From NCBI GenBank assembly GCA_963664225.1, contig OY760937.1:576001-640000 (forward strand): a stretch of 64,000 bases of DNA, in the 5' to 3' direction. The position numbers and the translations under genes are program-made. Under the pieces are notes generated by a model. It worked only from the letters and a program-made list of their open reading frames with translations. It was not told where the DNA came from and did no database searches. Below, in pieces: positions 31,773 through 41,191 of this stretch. Each line of letters opens with the position of its first letter. Position 1 is the stretch's first letter. Source of the stretch: Verrucomicrobiia bacterium. GTDB lineage: Bacteria; Verrucomicrobiota; Verrucomicrobiia; Limisphaerales; UBA1319.

Positions 31773-32765
31773 TCACCGCTGCCGGGCGCTTTGGTAGGCC
31801 TGGACGCCTTCGAGTATGGCCTGGGCCTGTTTTTGACGGAATGCATCACTGCAGATTCTTCTGAGCTCGCCTGGGTCGGACATGAAGCCGGCTTCGATCA
31901 GAATCGCCGGAACGGTCGCAGTGCGGAGAACGGCCCAACGGGCGCGCCGCACGCCGCGGTCCTCCGCGGCGAGTTTCTTGATAAAGGATTTTTGCATGTA
32001 ATAAGCCAGCAGCACGTTGTCCGGATCATGCAGATTTCCGGGTAGGGCGGGGTGGCTGCCTTTATCGTCCTGTCCGTTGGTTGCAGGGGCCCCTGCGGGG
32101 GCCAGACAATAGGTTTCTATGCCCCGGGCTCCCGTGGAAGACGGCGCCGAATTAAAATGCAGGCTGATAAAAAGATCGGCTCTCGCGCGTTGTGCGATGG
32201 CTGGACGATCGTCCAATTCCACAAACCGATCCGAATCGCGAATGAGTTGGACATTGAAGCCCGCCCCGAGCAGTTTTTTGCGAACCTCTTTGGCCAGTTG
32301 CAGGGTCAGATATTTTTCCTTCTGGATGCCATCCAGATTGCCCGGGTCTTTGCCACCATGGCCGGGGTCCAGGGCGATGGTCTTGATCCGGCGGGGTTTT
32401 GCACCGCCGATTTTTTGGGTGAACAACAGCGGGGCCAGGGTGGTATTGATGTCCTGGCGCGCGACGAGCAGGCTGCCATTGCGCGCAATGGGCGAACGCG
32501 CCAGCCAAACCTCAATCCCGTTTATCTCCATGCGGCGTGAATCGACCTTCAATGCCAGAGTGCAAGATCGGGTGGTAATTACAAAATCATCTCCAGACTT
32601 CTGGGTCTTGGGATACACTGCGCGAATTCGCAACCATTCGGAGAGATTAACGTAGTCGGCGGCAAAGCCCGCAACGCTGGCCGCTGGGACGCGTGTGGCA
32701 CGGGCATCAACGCTGTTCCCGAAGGCCAGGAACAACAACGAACAAACAAGCCAGTGCCAACTCAT
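31773..32765 (-). CDS. N-acetylmuramoyl-L-alanine amidase (Amidase_3)
   Basis: LDPGHGGKDPG; FISLHFN; ILIEAGF; signal peptide. Confidence 0.92.
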   Translation of the reverse strand: MSWHWLVCSLLFLAFGNSVDARATRVPAASVAGFAADYVNLSEWLRIRAVYPKTQKSGDDFVITTRSCTLALKVDSRRMEINGIEVWLARSPIARNGSLLVARQDINTTLAPLLFTQKIGGAKPRRIKTIALDPGHGGKDPGNLDGIQKEKYLTLQLAKEVRKKLLGAGFNVQLIRDSDRFVELDDRPAIAQRARADLFISLHFNSAPSSTGARGIETYCLAPAGAPATNGQDDKGSHPALPGNLHDPDNVLLAYYMQKSFIKKLAAEDRGVRRARWAVLRTATVPAILIEAGFMSDPGELRRICSDAFRQKQAQAILEGVQAYQSARQR

Positions 32766-32954
32766 GCCGTTTATTTTGCCTCGGATATTCTGTCCACACA
32801 ACCTGAAATCCCCGACATTTGCGTACTTTATGGGTTGCATGCACCACTTAGGCGGACCTGCTCATGAAGATTGTGATTGCGCATAGCCGATTGCCGCTCC
32901 CAAAGGCATGAAGTGGAGACTTGTAATCAGGAGCCGGTTTCTTATTCTGGTTTT

Positions 32955-33650
32955 GTGGACCTGGCTGTTCCTTATAACACTTTGAGCGCAAAAATCGCTT
33001 CGGCGTGTCAGCGCTGCGGTCGTGATCCTTCCACGGTCACCCTGCTGGCGGTGAGCAAGAACCATCCGCCCGAGGCGGTCCGGTCCGCCGCGGATTTGGG
33101 GGTGGCGTTTTTTGGGGAAAACCGCATTCAGGAGGCGAAGATCAAGATAGGGCAATGCCCCTCCCGGTTACACTGGCATTTCATTGGCCATCTGCAATCC
33201 AACAAATGCCGCGATGCGGTCCATTTTTTCGAGATGATCCAAAGCGTCGATACTTTGGGCCTCGCAGAGGAAATCGACAAATGGGCCGATAAATCGGGCA
33301 AAACGATGCCTATCCTGCTCGAAGTCAACATCGCTGGCGAGGCTTCCAAATACGGTTATCGGCCCGAGGCGCTGCTGGCTGATTTGTTAAAAATCAACGC
33401 CCTGCGCAAAATCGAAATTCACGGTTTGATGACGGTGGCCCCGTGGTCGCCGGAACAGGAAAAGGCGCGGTTGATTTTTCGAGCGCTGCGTGAGTTGAAA
33501 ATCCGTTGCGAGGAACTCCTGGGCGCCCCTCTGCCTCATTTGAGCATGGGGATGAGCGGTGACTTTGAAGTGGCCATCGAAGAAGGGGCCACCATGGTGC
33601 GTGTGGGGACGGCGCTGTTCGGGGAACGTCCAAAGTTGCGCAAGGAATAG
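32955..33650 (+). CDS. yggS: YggS/PLPBP pyridoxal-phosphate homeostasis protein
   Basis: LAVSK; FGENRIQE; HFIGHLQSNK; LSMGMSGD; VRVGTALFG. GTG start estimated. Confidence 0.95.
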   Translation: MDLAVPYNTLSAKIASACQRCGRDPSTVTLLAVSKNHPPEAVRSAADLGVAFFGENRIQEAKIKIGQCPSRLHWHFIGHLQSNKCRDAVHFFEMIQSVDTLGLAEEIDKWADKSGKTMPILLEVNIAGEASKYGYRPEALLADLLKINALRKIEIHGLMTVAPWSPEQEKARLIFRALRELKIRCEELLGAPLPHLSMGMSGDFEVAIEEGATMVRVGTALFGERPKLRKE

Positions 33651-33669
33651 TCGGTTTCTAATCGATATT

Positions 33670-33972
33670 ATGGAATTAACGGTGGACCAGTTCGAAAAGG
33701 AGATTACCGAGGCATTGCTCAATTATGAGCGTTTTATCGTTTGCCTGGATAAGACACCCGAGCAATGCAGGGAATCACTGGTGTCCCTGACGCAGAAGGC
33801 GATCAAGGCCTATGTGAACCGCAATCCAAATCTGCGCCATGGCATTGCCCTCGATAAGCAGAACACCGTGATCATCAGCCAGTCGGACACCGAACGCCCG
33901 CTGTGCGGCATTTATTTCAATCTCCATTCGCCCTATCGCTTGCCTGCCTCTAACGCAAAGAAAGATCAATGA
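33670..33972 (+). CDS. Hypothetical protein
   Basis: 100-aa ORF immediately after yggS with typical codon usage. Confidence 0.65.
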   Translation: MELTVDQFEKEITEALLNYERFIVCLDKTPEQCRESLVSLTQKAIKAYVNRNPNLRHGIALDKQNTVIISQSDTERPLCGIYFNLHSPYRLPASNAKKDQ

Positions 33973-33993
33973 CCACCGTTCTTTTTTGGTCTC

Positions 33994-34521
33994 TTAATCC
34001 CGGCGGGTTTCGTCCCCAATTCTAATCTCCCCTGTGGTGATATCCGCCGCCACATAACCGGTTTGGGGCTGGCCGGAAATTTTCACCTCTCCCACGCGAA
34101 CCCCCTTGCGAAACACTGACAACCGCTGGCCCATGGGCGGCATTTGGCTCAGGGAATAATCGAGGATCACGAAGCGGGCCTCAGGATTAACGAAGGCCAC
34201 CTTTCCAGCCCACGGATCGGAAAGCGTGATGACCCGGTTATCATTGGTCACACTGAAACGGGTGTCACCGGAAGACGCATTAGACGTCAGATTGGTGGAA
34301 ATCGAAAGATTCGTGTTGGAATGCGCCGCAGGCGTCGTCCCGCTCATGCGTTTGGAATTGGATTTATCGGTGATGGTCTTTGGATGGAATTCCATGTCGT
34401 TTCTGCTGGCGCAACCATTGGCCAGTAAAAGCATGGAGACTACGAGCCATAGGATCAGGAAAGGCCATGAATTTCCGGAAAATCCCGTCCGCTCGATTTT
34501 GTTATGCGTTGGCAAATACAT
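33994..34521 (-). CDS. Hypothetical lipoprotein
   Basis: Hydrophobic stretch ending LLANGC lipobox; S/T/N-rich linker; small C-terminal beta domain. Confidence 0.6.
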   Translation of the reverse strand: MYLPTHNKIERTGFSGNSWPFLILWLVVSMLLLANGCASRNDMEFHPKTITDKSNSKRMSGTTPAAHSNTNLSISTNLTSNASSGDTRFSVTNDNRVITLSDPWAGKVAFVNPEARFVILDYSLSQMPPMGQRLSVFRKGVRVGEVKISGQPQTGYVAADITTGEIRIGDETRRD

Positions 34522-34617
34522 TCGTGTTTTCTGGTGGCCCCCCAGAGATTGTGTAATGCAATCGAGGTTAATGGGTAGCACCAATCGGATCAATTCCAAA
34601 GACCGCATGCGATGCCG

Positions 34618-34965
34618 TCACTCAGTGGCTTTTTTTTCACCCTCAGCCAGCGTGACTTTCCAAGATTCAATCTTCGCCTTGGCCCGGTAGTGCTCGGCTT
34701 TGGCTTTGTCCCCGGCCTTCATGTAGAACACGGAAAGGTTGGTGAAGACCATGGGATCCTCAGGCCGGATCAATTCGGCCTTGTGCCCCTCAGCGATGGC
34801 GTTGGGCCAATCACCCAACCGACTGTAGGTCATGCTCAGGGCAAGCCGGGCGTCGAACCATTCCGGTTCCGAAGCCAATACCGTCTGCAACTTCTGGATG
34901 GCTGCGGAATAATCACCCACCGTGAAATCCGCCATGGCGTCGTTATAATCGTCCTGGGCTGTCAT
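34618..34965 (-). CDS. Small TPR protein
   Basis: TPR-like helices (ARLALSMTYSRLG; VFTNLSVFYMKAG). Confidence 0.75.
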   Translation of the reverse strand: MTAQDDYNDAMADFTVGDYSAAIQKLQTVLASEPEWFDARLALSMTYSRLGDWPNAIAEGHKAELIRPEDPMVFTNLSVFYMKAGDKAKAEHYRAKAKIESWKVTLAEGEKKATE

Positions 34966-35016
34966 ATTATTTTGACTTTTTACGTTAGCGCATGGATGTA
35001 CTCCTGCGCAAGAGAC

Positions 35017-35817
35017 ATGATGGAACTGCCTTTTAAAATTATTTGCACGGATTTCGACGGTACCCTCCACGCACCGGGGAGCATGCCGGCGGTGCCCTAT
35101 GAATTACAGGAAATGATTGGGGATTTGCAGACCCGGGGCATGCGCTGGATTGTGAATACCGGGCGGGATTTGCCGGGACTGCTGGCGATCATGGAGGAGG
35201 CGGGCCTCTCGATCCGGCCCGATTACCTCGTGGTCGTGGAGCGGGAGATTCACACTTTTACAGACCGCAAATATGTTCCCTGGACGCAATGGAACGAGCA
35301 GTGCCATCTGGAACAGCAGCAATTGTTTAGCCGCATCCATCAGCGTTTGCCTGAATTGGTGAGTTGGATTCACCAGCGCTACCATGCGTATGTGTATCAG
35401 GACGATTATTCGCCATTTTGCCTGGCGGCGGCCACAAATGCCGATACGGATGCCATTTTGGCGCATCTGATCGGGCTGTTTCAGGATGAACCGGAGTTAA
35501 CGGTCGTGCGCAACGATGTTTACGCCCGATTCAGTCATATCGCTTACAACAAGGGAACCGCTCTGGCCGCGATTGCGCGTAAATTGGAGTTGGGCACGGA
35601 CGACGTGTTTGCCGCTGGAGACCATTATAACGACCTGGCGATGCTATCACGCAAATATGCGAAGTGGCTCGTGGCACCCGCCAACGCGATTGCGGAGGTC
35701 AAATCCGCCGTTTCCAGCCAGGAGGGCTACGTCAGCGAACAATCCTGCGGCCATGGTGTGGCCGATGGATTGCGGCATTTCTTGAATGGCCAGTGGAAGA
35801 ACCGGCAGGGGAACTAG
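35017..35817 (+). CDS. HAD-superfamily hydrolase (class IIB, Cof/SPP-like)
   Basis: TDFDGTL; NTGR; NKGTAL; AGDHYNDLAM. Confidence 0.9.
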   Translation: MMELPFKIICTDFDGTLHAPGSMPAVPYELQEMIGDLQTRGMRWIVNTGRDLPGLLAIMEEAGLSIRPDYLVVVEREIHTFTDRKYVPWTQWNEQCHLEQQQLFSRIHQRLPELVSWIHQRYHAYVYQDDYSPFCLAAATNADTDAILAHLIGLFQDEPELTVVRNDVYARFSHIAYNKGTALAAIARKLELGTDDVFAAGDHYNDLAMLSRKYAKWLVAPANAIAEVKSAVSSQEGYVSEQSCGHGVADGLRHFLNGQWKNRQGN

Positions 35818-35823
35818 CGATTT

Positions 35824-36306
35824 TCAGGGTTTTTCCAGCGAAAGCGCCACAATCCAGATCTCGTCGTTCTTCTTCTTGATATCCCCCGCGATGATGAGGT
35901 ATTCGCCCAAGGGCAAGGGGTGACGGATGGTTTGGACGAGCTTGCCTTCACCGTAGAGTTTGACCTCAAAATGGCAATCGCCAAGGTGTTTGACCTCGAT
36001 GACGCAGTTATGACTCAGACTGGTAATGTTGGAACCGAGCTTGGCCAGATTGAAGGACTGTTTGTCCATCTCGAAGAAGTTCTTCCACTTGAACAAGTTA
36101 AGCTTGTTGAGTTTTTCGAGAAGTTTGACATCGACGTCCTTGACCGATTTGTCATCGGCGGGCTTTTGCTGATCGGTGCACCAAATCAACTGGGCCTTCA
36201 TCTTTTGATTGGCGGGTTCGGTCTCGCCCAACGCGGTCGCGACACCACCCAGGCACAGGACAAAGAGCAGTCCCCCCAGCCAGATTTGTGTTCCGATGTT
36301 CCTCAT
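35824..36306 (-). CDS. Hypothetical secreted protein (third gene of ECF sigma operon)
   Basis: Signal peptide; co-oriented after the anti-sigma gene. Confidence 0.7.
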   Translation of the reverse strand: MRNIGTQIWLGGLLFVLCLGGVATALGETEPANQKMKAQLIWCTDQQKPADDKSVKDVDVKLLEKLNKLNLFKWKNFFEMDKQSFNLAKLGSNITSLSHNCVIEVKHLGDCHFEVKLYGEGKLVQTIRHPLPLGEYLIIAGDIKKKNDEIWIVALSLEKP

Positions 36307-36338
36307 TGATAGCCGTTATATTTCAAGCCCGCTTCAGA

Positions 36339-36800
36339 TTAGTCGTTTGTTCCAATCCAGACAACGGAAATTCCTTCATTGTCCGAACGAAATGTCATGA
36401 CGTTGGCATCCGGGATCTCCGTCTGAATCTCCATGCCATTCAGCGACACCATGGTGCTGGTCATCGGATGCTGCAGGGCGATCATCAGCGCGAAAAGTGC
36501 CATCGCGCTTGCCGGTACGAGCAATTTCCACCATCGGGAGAACCACGGCTGCGGTGTCCGAGCGCGGGCCGGAGGGACGGCGATCTGCCGTTGGATCTGG
36601 GACCAATAGAAGTCCGGCGCGCAGGGAAAGGGCGTAACGGGCTCATTCCCGTGAAGCAGGGTTTTGGTATTGGCCAATTCCTCATACAAGGCTTTGGCTT
36701 CCGGGTCTTTGGACAACCAGTCCTTGACCTCGCGCGACTCCCGTTCCGGCAATTCGCCATCCAGGTAGGCCTGCATCTTTATTAAATTTGGCTCGATCAT
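36339..36800 (-). CDS. Transmembrane anti-sigma factor
   Basis: QAYLDGEL N-terminal motif; single TM helix; start overlaps the sigma stop. Confidence 0.8.
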   Translation of the reverse strand: MIEPNLIKMQAYLDGELPERESREVKDWLSKDPEAKALYEELANTKTLLHGNEPVTPFPCAPDFYWSQIQRQIAVPPARARTPQPWFSRWWKLLVPASAMALFALMIALQHPMTSTMVSLNGMEIQTEIPDANVMTFRSDNEGISVVWIGTND

Positions 36801-37399
36801 AATGGTTCCTCTTTTCTGAGCCCTGCCAAAAGGGATGCCATGCGCCGCCGCGCGTAGAAAAGGCGCGACATCACGGTGCCGATGGAGCATCCCATTGTTT
36901 TGGCTATTTCTTTGTATTCCATTTCTTCAAATTCATGCAGCACCAGCACCGTGCGGTGCTCTTCAGAGAGCTGATCCAGCGCCCGATTGATCCGCATCCT
37001 TAACTCCTGCCGTTCCAACTTCTCCGTCGGATTGGGCGTAATCACGGGCAACTGCCTCTCCACGCCGCCGGTCTCCTCGTCCATCTGCTCGATGGAATCG
37101 GTCTTTTGCCGCTTTTGCTTTCGTAAATGATCCAGGCACAGGTTGATCACAATACGCGTTATCCACGTTACGAAGCTCGAGTCGCCCTGGAATTGGTTGA
37201 GCCGCTGCCAGGCTTTCACCCAGGCTTCCTGCGAAAGATCCACCGCTTCATCCTCATTGCGAAGCATGCTGAAGGCCCGCGCGAAGATCTTCTCGCGGTG
37301 GCGCTTCACCAGCTCTTCAAAGGCGTTCATATCGCCCTGATGAGCCGCCCGCACCAGTGATTCATCACTTGCGGATGAGTTTGTATTTTCCTTCGCCAT
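36797..37399 (-). CDS. ECF RNA polymerase sigma-70 factor
   Basis: AFEELV; DLSQEAW; SFVTWITRI; YKEIA...GTVMSRLFYAR. Confidence 0.95.
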   Translation of the reverse strand: MAKENTNSSASDESLVRAAHQGDMNAFEELVKRHREKIFARAFSMLRNEDEAVDLSQEAWVKAWQRLNQFQGDSSFVTWITRIVINLCLDHLRKQKRQKTDSIEQMDEETGGVERQLPVITPNPTEKLERQELRMRINRALDQLSEEHRTVLVLHEFEEMEYKEIAKTMGCSIGTVMSRLFYARRRMASLLAGLRKEEPL

Positions 37400-37438
37400 G
37401 ATTTTGACGGTGATCCCTTGTGCGCTATTCACCTGGGA

Positions 37439-38101
37439 TCATAGTTTTCCTTTGGTGCTGGGCACCTGGCCTGAAATCCGGGGATCCCTCTGTCGCGCCA
37501 TATCCACGGCTTTGGCGAAGGACTTAAAGACGGCTTCCACAATATGGTGCGGCTCATCGCCATAGAGCAATTCCATATGCAGATTGCAACGGGCTTCGTT
37601 GGCAAAAGCCTGAAAGAATTCACGCGCCAATCCAAAGCGGAACGCCGAGGACATGTCCTGGGAACGTTCCTTCTCGGTGACGTTCTTGTAGGCCCAGTGG
37701 CTCATCCCGCGCCAGACCAGGTGGGAGCGGCCGCTAAAGTCGATCACGCACCGGACCAGGGATTCATCCATCGGTACGTAAGCCTCTGCGCAGAAAGGGT
37801 TTTTGGGGTCGAACCCGAATCCATAGCGGCGGATGCCCCGTTTATCGCCAAGCGCCTCCGCCATGGCCTGGCCGAGGGCGATACCGCAATCTTCAACTGT
37901 ATGATGCGCATCGACTTCCAGATCGCCGTCGCACTGCAGGTTCAAATCCACGACCGCGTGCTTGGCAAAAAGGGTCAGCATGTGGTCAAAAAACGGGATT
38001 CCCGTCCGGATGCTGGCTTTTCCCTGGCCGTCCAGATTCAGTTTCACCGCTATGCGGGTCTCCTGGGTTTCGCGTTTGACTGCTGCCTGACGTGTTACCA
38101 T
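37439..38101 (-). CDS. hisB: Imidazoleglycerol-phosphate dehydratase
   Basis: FFDHML; DAHHTVED; PMDE; HHIVEAVFK; PSTKG. Confidence 0.97.
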   Translation of the reverse strand: MVTRQAAVKRETQETRIAVKLNLDGQGKASIRTGIPFFDHMLTLFAKHAVVDLNLQCDGDLEVDAHHTVEDCGIALGQAMAEALGDKRGIRRYGFGFDPKNPFCAEAYVPMDESLVRCVIDFSGRSHLVWRGMSHWAYKNVTEKERSQDMSSAFRFGLAREFFQAFANEARCNLHMELLYGDEPHHIVEAVFKSFAKAVDMARQRDPRISGQVPSTKGKL

Positions 38102-38217
38102 GTCATTATGTGTAACTTAAGCGCGCCCAAAATGGAATGCCAAATTGCAGAGGGTAACTGGCGCTGGACAGGTTTCGCTGGAATGCATGGTTTGATGGGG
38201 AGGTCGACCCCGGTCAG

Positions 38218-38328
38218 GACCGTTTCAAATGATCCACCCCGAATGGAGTGGATATTTGCGTTCAACCGGTTGACCACGGGTTGACTGCTGGTCAACCGGA
38301 TTGAACGGGGTTGATTTCTGAAACCGTC
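38218..38328. repeat. Small structured element: two adjacent hairpins bounded by 10-bp imperfect inverted repeats
   Basis: gaccgtttca / tgaaaccgtc ends; stems at 38226-38258 and 38259-38307. Confidence 0.45.
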
Positions 38329-38364
38329 TTTTAGGCAACTTGCCGACCCTGGCGAAGAATCATC

Positions 38365-38710
38365 AAGATGGATGGATAAGATGGGCAGGATTTTTAACCA
38401 CGGATATGACGGATGGCACGGATAGGGATAAGCAGGGGACATCCGCAGAGGGACGTAGATGGGATGGGGAGAACCGCTAATGGGGACATAATGAAAACAT
38501 ACATGGATGGACAGGATGACAGGATGGGGAGTGGATAAGGAGGGGAGAACCGCTAATTGGCACTGATCATCGCTAATACGGATGGGAATACAGGAACTTC
38601 AGCGCTTCGGTGTCAAGGAGCGAAAAAGATGTCATTGAGACGCAAAATGAAAACATACATTGATGGACAGGATGGGGGCTGGATAATTGATAAATTATAA
38701 TGGACAATGC
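38365..38710 (+). repeat. Cluster of short G-rich periodic motifs and local direct repeats
   Basis: ggggagaaccgctaat at 38466 and 38542; aatgaaaacatacat(g/t)gatggacaggatg at 38490 and 38646; aaccacggatatgacggatggcacggat near 38397. Confidence 0.7.
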
Positions 38711-38937
38711 GAGGAAAATGTGTCATTGAAACACATTGCCGCGCTGATGGTCCGGTCTTGAAATAGGTTGTCTCAATTGAGACAATAAAACGGCGACCGA
38801 AGGGTTGGAATAAGGTGCAGTGAGTCGTTTAAAATGGTCGTGTTCAGGGAGTTGGAAGAGGGCGAAATGTCCTTTGAGGCGATGCGGGCAGCGTGGTTTT
38901 CGCGGTCGGATTCTGGTTGAGTGGAGGGAAAGGAGAG

Positions 38938-38976
38938 CCTCACCCCGGCCCTCTCCATCTGGCGACGGAGAGGGAG
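38938..38976 (+). repeat. REP-like palindrome (CCTC.CCCC..CCCTCTCC-loop-GGAGAGGG family)
   Basis: ccctctcc...ggagaggg stem; relatives near 42795 and 54765. Confidence 0.65.
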
Positions 38977-39213
38977 GAGTATTGGACGGTTCTTGAACGA
39001 TCGGGTGGTTTGGGAAGTGGCCGCCGCGTGGGATTTGCGCACGGGGGAATGAACCGCGTTCGACGAAACGCGAATGCTGCGATGGGTGAAATTGTCAAGG
39101 AAAAGTGTAATATGATGGTTTGACCTGCCCGATTTTTCTTCGGAGGAATTTGGTCTTGCAGGTGAATGGAATAATTATATTGCAGATGTGGCAGAACGGT
39201 GTAAAAGCCATTA

Positions 39214-40773
39214 ATGAGGAAAAAGGAACGGAACATCATTGGAAACGTGTCGCGGTGGCTTGCCATCCCCATATTCCTTATTCTTTCAGGCCTGTTCACC
39301 GTGGGGAGGGCTGAAATATATGGCAATTTCACTTACTCCACAGACGGGGCATCCGTTACGATAACCAAATACACCGGTTCTGAAGCCAGCGTTACCATTC
39401 CAGATTTCATCAGAGGCACAACAGTCAGCAACATCAGCAATTCTGCGTTCAAAGAATGCACCAGCTTGACGAATGTAATAATCGGCACCTACGTAGCCAG
39501 CATTGGAGATTGGGCGTTCGCTGGCTGTACTGGCCTAAAGAAAGTCGTGATTCCCGATGGTGTCACCAGTATCGGGGAGCAGGCGTTCCATAACTGCACT
39601 GGTCTGACGAGTGTGACATTCGGCAAAAGCGTCGGCAACTTTGGGATCGGGGCCTTCTCAAGTTGCAATGGTCTGACGAACATAACGATCCCTGATAACG
39701 TCACAAACCTTGGATTTCAAGTATTCGCTGGATGTTCAAGTCTGAGGATTGTGGTAATCGGTAACGGCGTCACCAAGATTGGGGATGGCGCGTTCGCTGG
39801 CTGTCCTAGCCTAAAGAATGTCACGATCCCCAACAGTGTCACTAATATTGGGAATGGGACTTTCGCAAATTGCACCAGCCTACAGAATATCACAATTCCC
39901 AACAGTGTTGCCATCATTGGTCCAAGTGCATTCGAATTCTGTAGAAACCTCACGAATGCCACACTTCCCAGTAGCATCACAAGCATTGGGAGCTACGCGT
40001 TTCGCAGTTGCACGAGTCTGACTTCTGTCACACTCCCAAACAGCGTTACGAATATGGGGGACTGGACATTCTCCGGTTGTTCTAGCTTGCAGAACGTGGT
40101 AGTCGGCAATGGCATCACCAAGATTTGGGACTGGACGTTCGCTTATTGTTCGGCCCTGACGAGTGTCACATTTGGAAATAGCGTCACAATCATTGAAGGA
40201 TATGATGTTTTCTATGAGTGTTCAAAATTGAGAATGGTATATTTTGCAGGTGACATCCCAACGTTCTTTCCTGCCGGTCTGTTTTATTCCGCCAAAGATG
40301 TGACTGTGCGCTATCGCGCCGAAACCACAGGCTGGGGACCTACATTTGGCGGCCGTCCGACTGCCCTATGGATTCAACAGCCCCCTTATCAGGAATGGGC
40401 AACGTCGGTGGGTTTGCGCGATAAATTCCCTGCCGCAAGCGGAGATATGGATGATCCCGATCAGGACGGCCTGAATAACCTCCAGGAATGGCAGGCAGGC
40501 ACGGACCCAACCAATCCGAATTCGGCGCTGAAATATGAATTTAAACCACGCCTTGCCGACTTGGAGGATGGGGATAAAACGCCATTAAACCCGGGAGAAT
40601 TCGCCCTCTATTTGCAGACCATGCCGTATCGGCAATATGACATTCAGAGTGCCACCTCGATCGGCGGAACCTGGCAGACGGAAGTCACCGTTTCCACCAC
40701 TACCACCCAAAAACGGATTTTGGTCTATAAGGGCCTCGACAAGGTCTTATACCGCGCGGTCCTGGTGCCTTAA
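39214..40773 (+). CDS. BspA-type leucine-rich repeat surface protein with Ca-binding DxDxDG motif and C-terminal domain
   Basis: About 12 repeats of CxxLxxVxIPxxVTxIGxxAF; DPDQDGLNNLQEWQAGTDP; signal peptide. Confidence 0.92.
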   Translation: MRKKERNIIGNVSRWLAIPIFLILSGLFTVGRAEIYGNFTYSTDGASVTITKYTGSEASVTIPDFIRGTTVSNISNSAFKECTSLTNVIIGTYVASIGDWAFAGCTGLKKVVIPDGVTSIGEQAFHNCTGLTSVTFGKSVGNFGIGAFSSCNGLTNITIPDNVTNLGFQVFAGCSSLRIVVIGNGVTKIGDGAFAGCPSLKNVTIPNSVTNIGNGTFANCTSLQNITIPNSVAIIGPSAFEFCRNLTNATLPSSITSIGSYAFRSCTSLTSVTLPNSVTNMGDWTFSGCSSLQNVVVGNGITKIWDWTFAYCSALTSVTFGNSVTIIEGYDVFYECSKLRMVYFAGDIPTFFPAGLFYSAKDVTVRYRAETTGWGPTFGGRPTALWIQQPPYQEWATSVGLRDKFPAASGDMDDPDQDGLNNLQEWQAGTDPTNPNSALKYEFKPRLADLEDGDKTPLNPGEFALYLQTMPYRQYDIQSATSIGGTWQTEVTVSTTTTQKRILVYKGLDKVLYRAVLVP

Positions 40774-41098
40774 AGCCGGCATTTGTTCGATCCCAAATAT
40801 TAAGGGGTCCACCCATAGGTTGGTTCGGTTATGGACTCACACGAATGAAAAGGGTGGGCGAATGGGGCCTTGTATGGAGCCCTGAATCCTGATTGTTCCA
40901 ACCAAGTCAGACTAGTTTTTGAAATGACTCAGTCCTCTCACGATATGGTCGCACCGAGACACGGAGAACGCTGCAAAGGGGCGCGCCGGGAGTGAATCGG
41001 AATTATTAATGACGAAAACTCAGGATGGAGTCAGAACCTGCAAAGGCGTTATCAAACCACAAAAAAACCATAAAAGAACAAGTTCTTTTTAATTAATA

Positions 41099-41141
41099 TT
41101 GATGTAAACACAATATAACAATACACTTTATTAAAGTGTAT
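41099..41141 (+). promoter_or_regulatory. Candidate sigma-70 promoter with overlapping palindromic operator for the kinase gene
   Basis: TTGATG-N17-TACACT; perfect 9-bp inverted repeat atacacttt-att-aaagtgtat (41121-41141) covering the -10 box. Confidence 0.55.
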
Positions 41142-41191
41142 GCATGTTCGAGCGCTCAGAATCTGCAGTCAAAAAGTATTCAACAACAGAT

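Noticed and set aside
34612..35016. N-terminal extension of the HAD ORF (401 aa form)
   Set aside because: It overlaps the TPR gene on the opposite strand; the DxDGT motif places the start near 35017.
39214..40773. LRR gene as a diversity-generating retroelement target
   Set aside because: No reverse transcriptase and no template/variable repeat pair with adenine-specific differences; the repeats are ordinary protein-level LRRs.
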